Assembly (NCBI GenBank): GCA_965215505.1
Contig: OZ244065.1
Coordinates: 6,048,001-6,112,000 of the forward strand
Reading direction: 5' to 3'
Length of the DNA: 64,000 bases
Source of the DNA: Capsulimonadaceae bacterium
Lineage (GTDB): Bacteria > Armatimonadota > Armatimonadia > Armatimonadales > Capsulimonadaceae
Both the position numbers and the translations under genes were made by a program. Under the pieces are notes generated by a model that saw nothing but the letters and a program-made list of their open reading frames with translations, was not told where the DNA came from and did not search any database. Below are positions 30,796 through 40,014 of this stretch, piece after piece. Numbering within the stretch: the first letter of the stretch is position 1; every line of letters starts with the position of its first letter.

Positions 30796-32439
30796 ATGAC
30801 GCAAATACTGGAAGAGTACCGGGCAGCGCGGGGGCCGTTGCCGGAGACGATCCACCGCTGGCACCTGCATGGGGCGGGCCTGGAGTCGTTGCGGGAGGCG
30901 ACCATCGCCCTACCCGCCTATGGGCCGGACGAGCTGCTGGTGCGGCACGACGCCTGCGGCATCTGCTTCTCGGACATCAAGATCATCAACCTCGGCCCGC
31001 AGCACCCGCGTTTGCAGGGGCGGGACATGGACGCCCACCCGGTCGTCATGGGGCACGAGGTCGCCCTGACCGTGGCCGGGGTGGGGGCCACCCTGGCGGG
31101 CCAGTTTGAGGTCGGCCAGCGGTTCATCGTCCAAGCCGACGTGTACTACAAGGGCGCGAATCCCGCCTACGGCTATCAGCTCGACGGCGGCATGGCCCAA
31201 TACGGGGTGGTGACGAAAGAGGTCCTGCGCGGCGACGAGGGGTGCTATTTGCTGCCCCTGGCGGACACGACCGGCTATGTGGAGGCCGCCCTCGTGGAGC
31301 CGTGGGCCTGCGTCGTGGCGGCCTACGAATACCCCTACCGTGACGGGCTGGTGGACGGTGGCCGCGTGCTGGTCGTTCACGTCAACCCGGCGCTGAAGGG
31401 AAATGCGGCGGCGCTCGGCATCACGGGCCACCGGCCGGCGTCGGTCGTCACCGTAGACAACGTGGATGGGGCGGACTTTTCGAATTTGCGGCAGCAAGAA
31501 ACGGGCGGGCGCGGGTTCGACGACATCGTCGTCTACGGCACCCCCGAACCCGAATACCTGGCCCGGATCATGGGCTGCCTCGGGCCGCGCGGCGTCCTGA
31601 ACCTCGTGCGCGACCGGCCATTACTGGGAACTGTCCCCGTGGACATCGGGCGGGTGCATTACGAGCAGCACCTATTTATCTCCACCGACGACCCCGCCCA
31701 TCTAGCCGGTGCCTACGCCCGCAACACGCGCCGGGACCTCCGACCCGGCGGCAAGGTCTGGCTGGCCGGCGCGGGCGGGCCGATGGGGCAGATGCATCTC
31801 CAGCGGGCCGTCATGCTGGACGCGCCTCCCGCCCTTGTCGTCGTCAGCGACCGGCACGACGACCGGCTGGCGCGCATCCGGGAGCGCTTCGGCGGGCTGA
31901 TGCAGGAGCGCGGCATCGAGCTGGTCCTGCTGAACGCGGGCGAGGGCGGCGACCCGACCGCCTACGGCCCCTTCGACGACATCCTCAGCATGGTGCCAAG
32001 CGCCGAATTGGTCGCCGAGTCCATCCCGCACCTGGCCGAGAACGGCGTCTACAACATCTTCGCGGGCGTCGCCAAAGGCGTCACCGCCGACCTCGACCTA
32101 GGGACGATCCTGGCGAAGAACCAAAGGCTCATCGGCACGTCGGGGTCGAGCATCGCCGACCTGCGGCATACTCTAAAACTGGTCGAGTCCGACGACCTCT
32201 CCACCAACGCCAGCCTCGCCGCCATCGGCGGCTTGGGTGCCTTCCGGGACGGACTGGCCGCCGTCAAGAGCGGCAAGTACCCCGGCAAAACAGTCATCTT
32301 CCCGCACATCGCAGACCTCCCGCTGCTGTCCGTCGAGGACCTGAGAGTGCAGATGCCGAACGTCTACGCCAAACTCCAGGACGGCGCGTTCTGGACGCAG
32401 GAAGCCGAAGACGAACTGCTGCGGGAAAAGTTAGGATAA
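30796..32439 (+). CDS. Zn-dependent MDR dehydrogenase, L-sorbose-1-phosphate reductase (SorE)-like
   Basis: GICFSD, MGHE, EPWAC, AGGPMG, GTSG, GKTVIFP. Confidence 0.8.
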   Translation: MTQILEEYRAARGPLPETIHRWHLHGAGLESLREATIALPAYGPDELLVRHDACGICFSDIKIINLGPQHPRLQGRDMDAHPVVMGHEVALTVAGVGATLAGQFEVGQRFIVQADVYYKGANPAYGYQLDGGMAQYGVVTKEVLRGDEGCYLLPLADTTGYVEAALVEPWACVVAAYEYPYRDGLVDGGRVLVVHVNPALKGNAAALGITGHRPASVVTVDNVDGADFSNLRQQETGGRGFDDIVVYGTPEPEYLARIMGCLGPRGVLNLVRDRPLLGTVPVDIGRVHYEQHLFISTDDPAHLAGAYARNTRRDLRPGGKVWLAGAGGPMGQMHLQRAVMLDAPPALVVVSDRHDDRLARIRERFGGLMQERGIELVLLNAGEGGDPTAYGPFDDILSMVPSAELVAESIPHLAENGVYNIFAGVAKGVTADLDLGTILAKNQRLIGTSGSSIADLRHTLKLVESDDLSTNASLAAIGGLGAFRDGLAAVKSGKYPGKTVIFPHIADLPLLSVEDLRVQMPNVYAKLQDGAFWTQEAEDELLREKLG

Positions 32440-32443
32440 CCCC

Positions 32444-33229
32444 ATGCGCCTGGAAAACAGATCCGCTATCGTCACCGGCGCGGCACAAGGGCTGGGCGAA
32501 GCCCTCGCCCGCCGCCTGGCCATGGAAGGCTGCGACGTCCTGCTGGCCGACATCAAACTGGACAAAGCGCGGGCCGCCGCCGATGCCATCGAGCGCGACA
32601 CGGGCCGCCGCACCGGCGCGACCCAGACCAACGTCGCCAGCGAGTCCGACGTGCAGGCGATGGTGGACGAGGCCGTCCGCGCCTTCGGCAAATTAGACAT
32701 TCTGGTCGCCAATGCGGGCATCCTCCGCGCCCACGACATCACTGAGATGCCCCTGAGCGAGTGGCAGGCCGTCCTGGACATCAACCTGACCGGCTACTTC
32801 CTCTGCGCCCAGGCCGCCGCGCGGGCCATGATCCCGCACAAGCGCGGGGCCATCGTCCAGATCAACTCCAAGTCCGGCAAGAAAGGCTCCTTCCGGAACA
32901 GCGCCTACGCCGCCTCCAAGTTCGCCGGCATCGGCCTGACCCAGAGCATCGCCCTGGACCTCGCGCCCCACAAGATCCGCGTCAACGCCGTCTGCCCCGG
33001 CAACCTGCTCGACGGCACGCTCTGGCAGGCCTCCCTCTTCGAGCAGTATTCCAAGACGCAGGGCCTCACCCCCGACGAGGTGCGCGCCAAGTACGAGTCC
33101 CAGGTCCCCCTGGGGCGCGGCTGCACCTACGAGGATGTTGCAAACGCCGTCGTCTTCCTTGCCTCCGACGAGTCCTCCTACATGACCGGCCAGGCCATTA
33201 ACGTGACGGGTGGCCAGGAAATGAGGTAG
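32444..33229 (+). CDS. srlD: Sorbitol-6-phosphate 2-dehydrogenase-like SDR
   Basis: QINSKSGKKGS, YAASKF, PGNLL, VPLGRGC, TGQAINVTGGQ. Confidence 0.85.
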   Translation: MRLENRSAIVTGAAQGLGEALARRLAMEGCDVLLADIKLDKARAAADAIERDTGRRTGATQTNVASESDVQAMVDEAVRAFGKLDILVANAGILRAHDITEMPLSEWQAVLDINLTGYFLCAQAAARAMIPHKRGAIVQINSKSGKKGSFRNSAYAASKFAGIGLTQSIALDLAPHKIRVNAVCPGNLLDGTLWQASLFEQYSKTQGLTPDEVRAKYESQVPLGRGCTYEDVANAVVFLASDESSYMTGQAINVTGGQEMR

Positions 33230-33231
33230 AA

Positions 33232-33729
33232 TTGCCTTTCCTGACCCGCCTCGCCATAGCCGAGCCGTTCGAGACGTGGCCCGGCATGGAACAGGCGGCG
33301 ACGCAGCGGTTCTGGGACTCGCTCGCCCTGGCGACGGCTGAGGCCGGACACGAGGCTGCCGCGATCTATCTGCTGGGGTACGTCGCGGAGATGCTCCTGA
33401 AGACCGCCTACTTCAGAGTCACAGGCGTTCCCTCCAGCCAGGACATCGCACCGCATCTGACGGCGGCCCGGCGGAATGCTTCTTGGCGTGGTGGCAACCT
33501 GCACGATCTGCGAAGCTGGTTTGCTCTGCTGAACGACGCCCGTTCCTTCCAGGGCAACCCGTGGAGCATCGTGACCGCGGCTACCATAGAACGCCACGTT
33601 CTGACCGTGGCCTCCCATTGGCGCGAGTCTTTGCGCTATACCTCGCTCATGGCGGCTGACGCTGAATTGGAAGAAGTCCACGCAAGCGTGGATTGGCTTC
33701 TTGTCAACTACGACGTACTTTGGAAATGA
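33232..33729 (+). CDS. HEPN-like domain protein
   Basis: AIYLLGYVAEMLLK, RGGNLHDL, W..SLRY; helical; codon usage differs from flanks. Confidence 0.65.
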   Translation: MPFLTRLAIAEPFETWPGMEQAATQRFWDSLALATAEAGHEAAAIYLLGYVAEMLLKTAYFRVTGVPSSQDIAPHLTAARRNASWRGGNLHDLRSWFALLNDARSFQGNPWSIVTAATIERHVLTVASHWRESLRYTSLMAADAELEEVHASVDWLLVNYDVLWK

Positions 33730-33732
33730 ACT

Positions 33733-34068
33733 ATGCCCTACAAAAAAATCATCCCAGTCAGGCCGGTCATTGACCCTTCCTTGGTGAACGACATCGCGGA
33801 AGAACTGCGTTTGCAGCAGCCCGAGGGTTCGCCGGATGCGCCACTCATTATCGAGGAAGAGGCCCGCTATACTGATCGCATCCACGTCACCGTCATTTGG
33901 GATCGTTGGTCTCAGATCGGTCCAGAAGAGCGGAGCCGCATCATTCTACAGGCCTATGAAACGGTGCGTGGCCCAGGGACCTTCTTGAATCTCACCAGCG
34001 CCCTCGGCCTCACCCATGCCGAGGCGAAGAAGCTAGGTGTCGAGAACGGCGTCCTAAGCGTTGCCTAA
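33733..34068 (+). CDS. Hypothetical protein, BolA-like motif
   Basis: IHVTVIWDRWSQIGPEERSRIILQAY...LGLTHAEA resembles the BolA pattern; 3 nt after the HEPN-like stop. Confidence 0.55.
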   Translation: MPYKKIIPVRPVIDPSLVNDIAEELRLQQPEGSPDAPLIIEEEARYTDRIHVTVIWDRWSQIGPEERSRIILQAYETVRGPGTFLNLTSALGLTHAEAKKLGVENGVLSVA

Positions 34069-34093
34069 CGCCGCCACGAAAAGGAAAACAACC

Positions 34094-34690
34094 ATGCCGA
34101 ATCCATTTACCACCCGCCTCGCCGCCGCCCTCTCCCTGCTGACAGTCGCCGCGTCCCTGCCGCCCGCCGTTCGCGCCGCGCCCCCCAAGCCGGCCGGCGT
34201 CCTGAGCTACACCGTCCAGGACATTGACGGCAAGAGCGTCCCACTGTCGCGCTACAAGGGCAAGGTGCTGATGATCGTCAACACCGCCTCCCTCTGCGGC
34301 AACACGCCCCAGTACGCCTCGCTGGAGAAGCTGAACCAGAAGTACAAAGCCTCGGGCCTCCGCATCCTCGCTTTCCCCGCCAACGACTTCGGCCAGCAGG
34401 AGCCGGGCACGAACGGCGAGATCCGCCAGTTCTGCACGGCCAAGTACAACGCCACCTTCGACCTCTTCAGCAAGATCTCCGTCAAGGCCCCGAACCAGGC
34501 CCCGCTCTACACCTTCCTGACCAGCAAGGAGACCGACCCCAAGTTCGGCGGCGACATCGAATGGAACTTCGCCAAGTTCCTCGTGGACCGGAAAGGCCAG
34601 GTCGTCGGCCGCTTCCAGGCCGGCCACGACCCCCTCTCGCCGGACGTGGTGACGGCGCTGGAGACGGAACTGAAAAAGCCCGCGCGTTAG
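34094..34690 (+). CDS. Exported glutathione peroxidase family protein (Cys type)
   Basis: Signal peptide; VNTASLCGNTPQY, AFPANDFGQQEPG, WNFAKFL. Confidence 0.93.
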   Translation: MPNPFTTRLAAALSLLTVAASLPPAVRAAPPKPAGVLSYTVQDIDGKSVPLSRYKGKVLMIVNTASLCGNTPQYASLEKLNQKYKASGLRILAFPANDFGQQEPGTNGEIRQFCTAKYNATFDLFSKISVKAPNQAPLYTFLTSKETDPKFGGDIEWNFAKFLVDRKGQVVGRFQAGHDPLSPDVVTALETELKKPAR

Positions 34691-34714
34691 TCCTGTTTCT
34701 TGCGGAGCAACAAG

Positions 34715-35842
34715 ATGCCGCCCGCCAACAAAGCCGCCGCCATGCTGGAAGTCGCTCTGCGGCTGGGGCAGCCGGGTCAATACGACCGGCAGCGGCAAAT
34801 TCAGCTGGAAGGCGACTACCGCACCCTGTCGCTGGACGAGGCCCGTGAACTCGGGGGGCTTGCCGTTTCGCTACTGGACTCGGATGCTGATAAGGCCCAA
34901 GACATCGCGCAAGACATTTTTGTCAGCCTCGCCTGCCTTGTCCCTGGCGCCCTTAATGGCTTACACCAAGACCTTGTGGCGCGAGAAATCTTCTATCCTG
35001 CCGAGATCTATCGTGGTGCGGATGCTGAAAGTAGAGATGCGCTGATCCAGCGTACCGTGTGGGATGAAGCTAACCTGAATCACCTTCTGATGGCTCTTGC
35101 GTGGATCGGTGACGCTGCCGTCCAACAGCAGTTCAGTCGATGGCGTGACTCGCCTCCGTCATGGCGGGACAAACTTCATGTCCCGCCGGAGGCATACGCG
35201 CAGGAAGCTGGCTGGGTCTTGACGGCGGAGGGAGGCCGACGTGACCTATTCTTCCCGACCTGTTACGCCCTCGTCCGGCTGCCGGAGACGGAGAGTGCGC
35301 CTGCTGACAACCCTGTGACGGTTGTTGCGGTTTACCCGAAACTATGCCGGTGGTGCGGATGGGAGATGACCACACTTTTTGACTTCGCCCTTGGCTCATC
35401 CCGGCTTGATTTTCTTGGCCTTCAGGGCGAGCGACTCCGGGTGGTAATGTGTGACCGTTGTAGTCTGTACGCGGCTACTTACATGGACCTAGACACAAAT
35501 GGCGAGTCGTCCTGGGCGGAAGCAGATGTTGAACCAGACTTCTTAGGAGGAAAACGCGATGTTTACCGCCGTCTGCCAGTAAATCGCATGACATTGGGCG
35601 TGAAGAGGCGAAGCCCTTACGAGGCGAATTGGCGGGTCACTGAACAGGGCCACTCACAGGTCGGCGGACACCCTGCCTGGGTGCAGGATGCTGAGTACCC
35701 TGAGTGTCCGGGCTGCGCGGAGCTTATGACCTTCATTGCCCAGTTGCTGACTGATGATCTCCATGACTCCTGGGAAGGCACGGCCTATGCTTTCCTTTGC
35801 GCTCCCTGTGGAAAGACTACTACGGTCTATCAGCAGACTTGA
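34715..35842 (+). CDS. YwqG/DUF1963-like protein with CxxC pairs
   Basis: SQVGGHPAWVQDAEYPECPGC...MTFIAQL...AYAFLCAPC...YQQT. Confidence 0.7.
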   Translation: MPPANKAAAMLEVALRLGQPGQYDRQRQIQLEGDYRTLSLDEARELGGLAVSLLDSDADKAQDIAQDIFVSLACLVPGALNGLHQDLVAREIFYPAEIYRGADAESRDALIQRTVWDEANLNHLLMALAWIGDAAVQQQFSRWRDSPPSWRDKLHVPPEAYAQEAGWVLTAEGGRRDLFFPTCYALVRLPETESAPADNPVTVVAVYPKLCRWCGWEMTTLFDFALGSSRLDFLGLQGERLRVVMCDRCSLYAATYMDLDTNGESSWAEADVEPDFLGGKRDVYRRLPVNRMTLGVKRRSPYEANWRVTEQGHSQVGGHPAWVQDAEYPECPGCAELMTFIAQLLTDDLHDSWEGTAYAFLCAPCGKTTTVYQQT

Positions 35843-35850
35843 GAACTCCC

Positions 35851-36210
35851 ATGAACGAAGAAACACTTCTTGACCTCGTCCACGCCCGCGTCCGCCTCAT
35901 CCCGCCCGGCCGGGTCATGTCCTACGGGCAGGTGGGGGACGAAGTGGGCTGCTCGGCGAGGGAGGCAGGGTGGGCGATGAACCAGGCGGTGGATGGCGGG
36001 GACGTTCCCTGGCAGCGCGTGGTGGGGGCCAATGGGAACCTGCCCATCGGCAAGCGGTCGCCGTTTCTGGCGCAGCGGCAGCGGGAACTGCTGGAAGCGG
36101 AGGGCGTGGCGTTCAAGGAGAACGGGAACGTGGACATGGCGAAGCATCAAGCGGGCGTCATCGGCAAACCGACGCCCGCCCCCGCCGATACGTTGGACCT
36201 GGGCCTGTGA
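35851..36210 (+). CDS. Alkyltransferase-like (MGMT/YbaZ) protein
   Basis: IPPGRVMSYGQV, VPWQRVV (Trp replaces catalytic Cys), LLEAEGV. Confidence 0.9.
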   Translation: MNEETLLDLVHARVRLIPPGRVMSYGQVGDEVGCSAREAGWAMNQAVDGGDVPWQRVVGANGNLPIGKRSPFLAQRQRELLEAEGVAFKENGNVDMAKHQAGVIGKPTPAPADTLDLGL

Positions 36211-36238
36211 GCGCCGGCAAATCGGGTACAACCTCCCC

Positions 36239-36889
36239 ATGAAGATTCACGACATCACGCTGACGACTTCCCCCCGGACATTGACCTGGGAGGGGACGGA
36301 GCAGGGCTTTTCGGTCAAATGGGCCGAAAAGCTGGGGCACGGGGGCGCATCCTGCAACCTGTCCGTGTTCACGGAAGGGACGCACACGGGGACACACCTG
36401 GACGCCCCCCTGCATTTCGTTCCGGGGGGCGCGACCGTCGAGGCTCTGGACGTCAACGTCCTGGTGGGGCCTGCCCTCGTGGTGGAGGTCTATGGGCGGG
36501 ACCGGATCACGGCGGCGGACTTGATACAGGCGGGGATCGCGCCGGGAACCACGCGCCTCCTGTTCAAGACGGACAACACGCGGCTCGGGCGGCTGCGTGA
36601 CGGGGTGTTCCACAAGAACTACGTCGGCATCGCGCCGAGCGGGGCGGAGTGGCTGGTGACATTTGGCGTCCGGCTGGTTGGCGTGGACTACCTTTCGGTG
36701 GGTCCTTACGGCGCGGCCAATGTCGAGACGCACCGCATCCTGCTCGGCGCGGGCGTCGTGGTCGTGGAAACACTGGTGCTGGACGACGTGAAGGCGGGCG
36801 CGTACACGCTGATCGCCCTGCCGCCAAAGTTCGCCGGTTTGGAGGGCAGCCCGTGCCGCTGCCTGTTGATTGAGGGGAAAATGGAATGA
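36239..36889 (+). CDS. Cyclase / kynurenine formamidase family protein
   Basis: HTGTHLDAPLHF, GVDYLSV, H..LL, GSPCR. Confidence 0.9.
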   Translation: MKIHDITLTTSPRTLTWEGTEQGFSVKWAEKLGHGGASCNLSVFTEGTHTGTHLDAPLHFVPGGATVEALDVNVLVGPALVVEVYGRDRITAADLIQAGIAPGTTRLLFKTDNTRLGRLRDGVFHKNYVGIAPSGAEWLVTFGVRLVGVDYLSVGPYGAANVETHRILLGAGVVVVETLVLDDVKAGAYTLIALPPKFAGLEGSPCRCLLIEGKME

Positions 36890-37305
36890 CACAAGGGATT
36901 GAGACGGATGCTCTGAAGTATGTGGCGTCGCCGGACATCCACATGCGCGAGATAGACTTGGACCATTTGGAGAACATCGAGGAGAACCGGGAGTCCATCG
37001 AGTTCAGTGTGCGGCTCTCGGGCCGACCCACCGACGCCTGGGTGCAGGAGTTCGACCAGGCCTACTTGCAGACGCCCTACACCCTGAAGCCGCCGGTCCA
37101 CGTCCACGGCGACACCCTGCGGATCGTCTATCTGCCGCGCTACGCCAGCGAACTGCAAGGCTTCTTCCGGTTCCTGGGCCTCATCGTGGACCGCTCCAAC
37201 AAGGAGACGCACCGGACCGAGGAGCTGCACACGTCGAGCGCCCAGGAGCGCCACAAGGCCGAGTTCCGCGAGGCGTTGCGCCGGATCGAGCTGCCGAAGG
37301 GGTGA
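36886..37305 (+). CDS. Hypothetical protein
   Basis: ATGA overlap with the cyclase stop; host-like codon usage. Confidence 0.7.
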   Translation: MTQGIETDALKYVASPDIHMREIDLDHLENIEENRESIEFSVRLSGRPTDAWVQEFDQAYLQTPYTLKPPVHVHGDTLRIVYLPRYASELQGFFRFLGLIVDRSNKETHRTEELHTSSAQERHKAEFREALRRIELPKG

Positions 37306-37352
37306 CAAAGCCCTCAAGACAGGCAAGTCAAGAAGGCAATGGGGAGTCAGGG

Positions 37353-37409
37353 GGGCGGGGGAACCCCGCCCCTACGCGATCACCGTGTAGGGGCGAGGTC
37401 CCCTCGCCC
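37353..37409. repeat. GTAG-family REP inverted doublet
   Basis: gggcgggggaaccccgcccCTAC ... GTAGgggcgaggtcccctcgccc between convergent genes. Confidence 0.75.
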
Positions 37410-37449
37410 TCTTCCTGTCCACCTCTTTGCTTCCGCCTTCCGGCGCGGC

Positions 37450-39039
37450 TCAGTACCCCTTCACCAGCCGGTTGAAGTTGTCGCGGTCCACCGCCCGCGT
37501 CGCCGCCTCCTCGAACGACACCTGGCCGCCCCGGTGGAGGTCGGCGAGGACGCGGTCCATCGCCTGCATCCCGTACTGGTGGCCGGTCTCAATGACCGAG
37601 TAGATCTGGTAGCTCTTGCCCTCCCGGATCAGGTTCCGCAGGGCGCTCGTCGCCACCATGATCTCGATGGCGGAGACGCGCCCGCCGCCGATGCGCGGGA
37701 GGAGCTGCTGGGAGACGACGGCCTCGATGCTGGTGGAGAGCTGGACGCGGACCTGCTCCTGCTGGTGGGCGGGGAAGACGTCAATGATGCGGTCTATGGT
37801 CGCCGGGGCCGAGCGCGTGTGCAGGGTGGCGAAGACCAGGTGGCCCGTCTCGGCCAGCGTGATGGCGGCGGCGATGGTTTCCAGGTCGCGCATCTCGCCG
37901 ACGAGGATGACGTCCGGGTCTTCGCGCAGGGACGCGCGCAGGGCGTTCGTGAACGAGTCCGTGTCGGTGCCGAGTTCCCGCTGGTTGACCATGCTCTTCT
38001 TGTGCGAGTGCAGATACTCGATGGGGTCCTCGATGGTCAGGATGTGCGCCTCGCGCTCGGTATTGATGATATCTATCAGGGAGGCGATGGTGGTGGACTT
38101 GCCCGAGCCGGTCGGGCCGGTCACGAGGATCAGGCCGGAGTGCTTCTGGGTGAAAGACCGCAGGACGGCGGGCAGCTTGAGCTGCTCCATGCTGGGGACG
38201 ACGTTTGGGATGACGCGCATGGCGCAGCCGACGGACGACCGCTGCCGGTAGACGTTGAACCGGAAACGGCCCACACTTTTGACGCCGTAGGAGAAGTCCA
38301 GTTCGTGGGTGCGCTCGAACTTCTCGATCTGCGAGTTGTTCAGCACGTCGAAGACGATCCGCTGCGTGTCCCGGTCCTGCATCGTCTCGAAGGGCAGCTT
38401 GACCAGCTTGCCGTCCTTGCGGACCATCGGCGGCAGGCCCACCGACAGGTGCAGGTCGGAGGCGCCCGACTGGACGGTCAGGCGCAGCAACTCGTCGATG
38501 TGCGTGTCGGCGAGGTCCTGCGTGTCGCCGCTAACGACCGCCCGCGCCGCCGTCTCCTCGAAGCCCGCGCTCGCCAGCTCCCCGCTCATGAAGTCCTTGG
38601 TGGAGAGCGTCGTCTGTACGCCGGAGGCGTCGCCCAGCGTCCCCAGGCCGCCCAGCATGTTCAGGGCGGCGGGCGACTCGTCATCCGAGGCCGCCCCGGC
38701 CACCGTGAACGTCTTCATTTGCAGCCCCGCCGGCCTGCCGCTCATGCCGCCGCCCGCCTTCGCGGCCTGCTGTTCCCGCTTTTTGTCCTCCTTGACGAAG
38801 GGCAGCGGGGTCTCGCCCAGTGCCTTGGCTTTCGCCTCGGCCTCCTCCGCCTCGGCGCGGGCCGACAGCAGCAGGTCCACGCTGTCGAAGGTGTCCGCCA
38901 CGCGGGCGGCGAAGTCGCCGAAGTCTTCCTCGGGCGGCGTGTAGGCCGCCGGGGCGCTCTTCCCGCCGCCCTTCCCGTTGCTCGTGCCGGTGCCGTTGCC
39001 GGTGTTGAGCGGCAGGAGGTCTTCACTGTTGACGATCAT
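37450..39039 (-). CDS. pilT: Type IV pilus retraction ATPase with long N-terminal extension
   Basis: ASDLHL, GPTGSGKST, TIEDPIE, LREDPDVILVGEMRD, AETGHLVFATLH, ALRNLIRE. Confidence 0.95.
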   Translation of the reverse strand: MIVNSEDLLPLNTGNGTGTSNGKGGGKSAPAAYTPPEEDFGDFAARVADTFDSVDLLLSARAEAEEAEAKAKALGETPLPFVKEDKKREQQAAKAGGGMSGRPAGLQMKTFTVAGAASDDESPAALNMLGGLGTLGDASGVQTTLSTKDFMSGELASAGFEETAARAVVSGDTQDLADTHIDELLRLTVQSGASDLHLSVGLPPMVRKDGKLVKLPFETMQDRDTQRIVFDVLNNSQIEKFERTHELDFSYGVKSVGRFRFNVYRQRSSVGCAMRVIPNVVPSMEQLKLPAVLRSFTQKHSGLILVTGPTGSGKSTTIASLIDIINTEREAHILTIEDPIEYLHSHKKSMVNQRELGTDTDSFTNALRASLREDPDVILVGEMRDLETIAAAITLAETGHLVFATLHTRSAPATIDRIIDVFPAHQQEQVRVQLSTSIEAVVSQQLLPRIGGGRVSAIEIMVATSALRNLIREGKSYQIYSVIETGHQYGMQAMDRVLADLHRGGQVSFEEAATRAVDRDNFNRLVKGY

Positions 39040-39059
39040 AAAGCCGTGTCTCCGTTAAA

Positions 39060-40007
39060 TCAGAACGTCAGCGCGCTCAGGCCCTTGTCGATCTCCACCC
39101 GGCAGGCCCGAGTCATCGCGTGCAGGCCGTCCTCGCTGACCCGCAGCGGGAACATCGCTTCCCGGCAGGACTCGTGCAGGGCGGACTGGGCCGCCGCCTC
39201 GTCGGGGTGAGGCCCGCCTTCCAGGAAATGGGCGACCTCGTTCGCCAGGCAGACCGTCGCCGTCAGCTTCGGGTTCATCTCGGCGGCGCGCGGCGTGTGG
39301 TGGAAGCCGATGGCCTCGCACAGCATGGGGGGCAGGTTCCAGCGGGTCGCGAGGGCCGCGCCGATCTGCCCGTGGCTGAAGGCGAGCACCTCGGACTCGA
39401 TGCGCGAGTAGCGGACGCCGTTCGTCGCGGCGATCTTCGTGATGGCGACGAACAGGGCGTGCCGGCTCTGGTCCAGGGCCATCTTTCCGACGTCGTGCAG
39501 CAGGCCGCAGGTGTACGCCTGGTCCGCGCCGACCGCCTCCTGGGTGGGAGGCGGCAGCAGGCCCACGATGACGCGCGCGCACTGCGCCGTGTCAACCGAA
39601 TGCCGCCACAGGCTGCGCCGGGCCAGCGCGGGCGTGTCCGAGCGGCCCAGGAACATGTTGAAGGTGGTGATGGTCATCGCCAGGTTCCGCAGCGTCTTGA
39701 AGCCGAGGAAGACGACCGCCTCGCGCAGCGTCGAGACGCGGCGCGGCAGCCCGTAATAGGACGAGTTGGCCAGCGTCAAGATCTTCACCGCCAGCGCCTG
39801 GTCCAGCGCGATGATCCTCTCCAGGTCCTGGGCCGTCGCCTTCGGGTCGTTGGTCAGGTCCATGACCCGCATCACGATCTGGGGCAGTGCGGCGAGGTCT
39901 TTCGCGCCGTCCAGTATCTTCTCCAGGCTGTCCAGGGGGTTCAGGCAGACATTCGGCGCGGTGCCGGGCGTGCTGCCGGGCGGGGGGGCGGTGTTGGTCA
40001 TGGTCAT
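39060..40007 (-). CDS. HDOD domain protein
   Basis: LAALPQ, DQALAVKILTLANSSYYG, LWRHS, GLLHDVGK, WNLP...I.FHH. Confidence 0.92.
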   Translation of the reverse strand: MTMTNTAPPPGSTPGTAPNVCLNPLDSLEKILDGAKDLAALPQIVMRVMDLTNDPKATAQDLERIIALDQALAVKILTLANSSYYGLPRRVSTLREAVVFLGFKTLRNLAMTITTFNMFLGRSDTPALARRSLWRHSVDTAQCARVIVGLLPPPTQEAVGADQAYTCGLLHDVGKMALDQSRHALFVAITKIAATNGVRYSRIESEVLAFSHGQIGAALATRWNLPPMLCEAIGFHHTPRAAEMNPKLTATVCLANEVAHFLEGGPHPDEAAAQSALHESCREAMFPLRVSEDGLHAMTRACRVEIDKGLSALTF

Positions 40008-40014
40008 AAGATGG

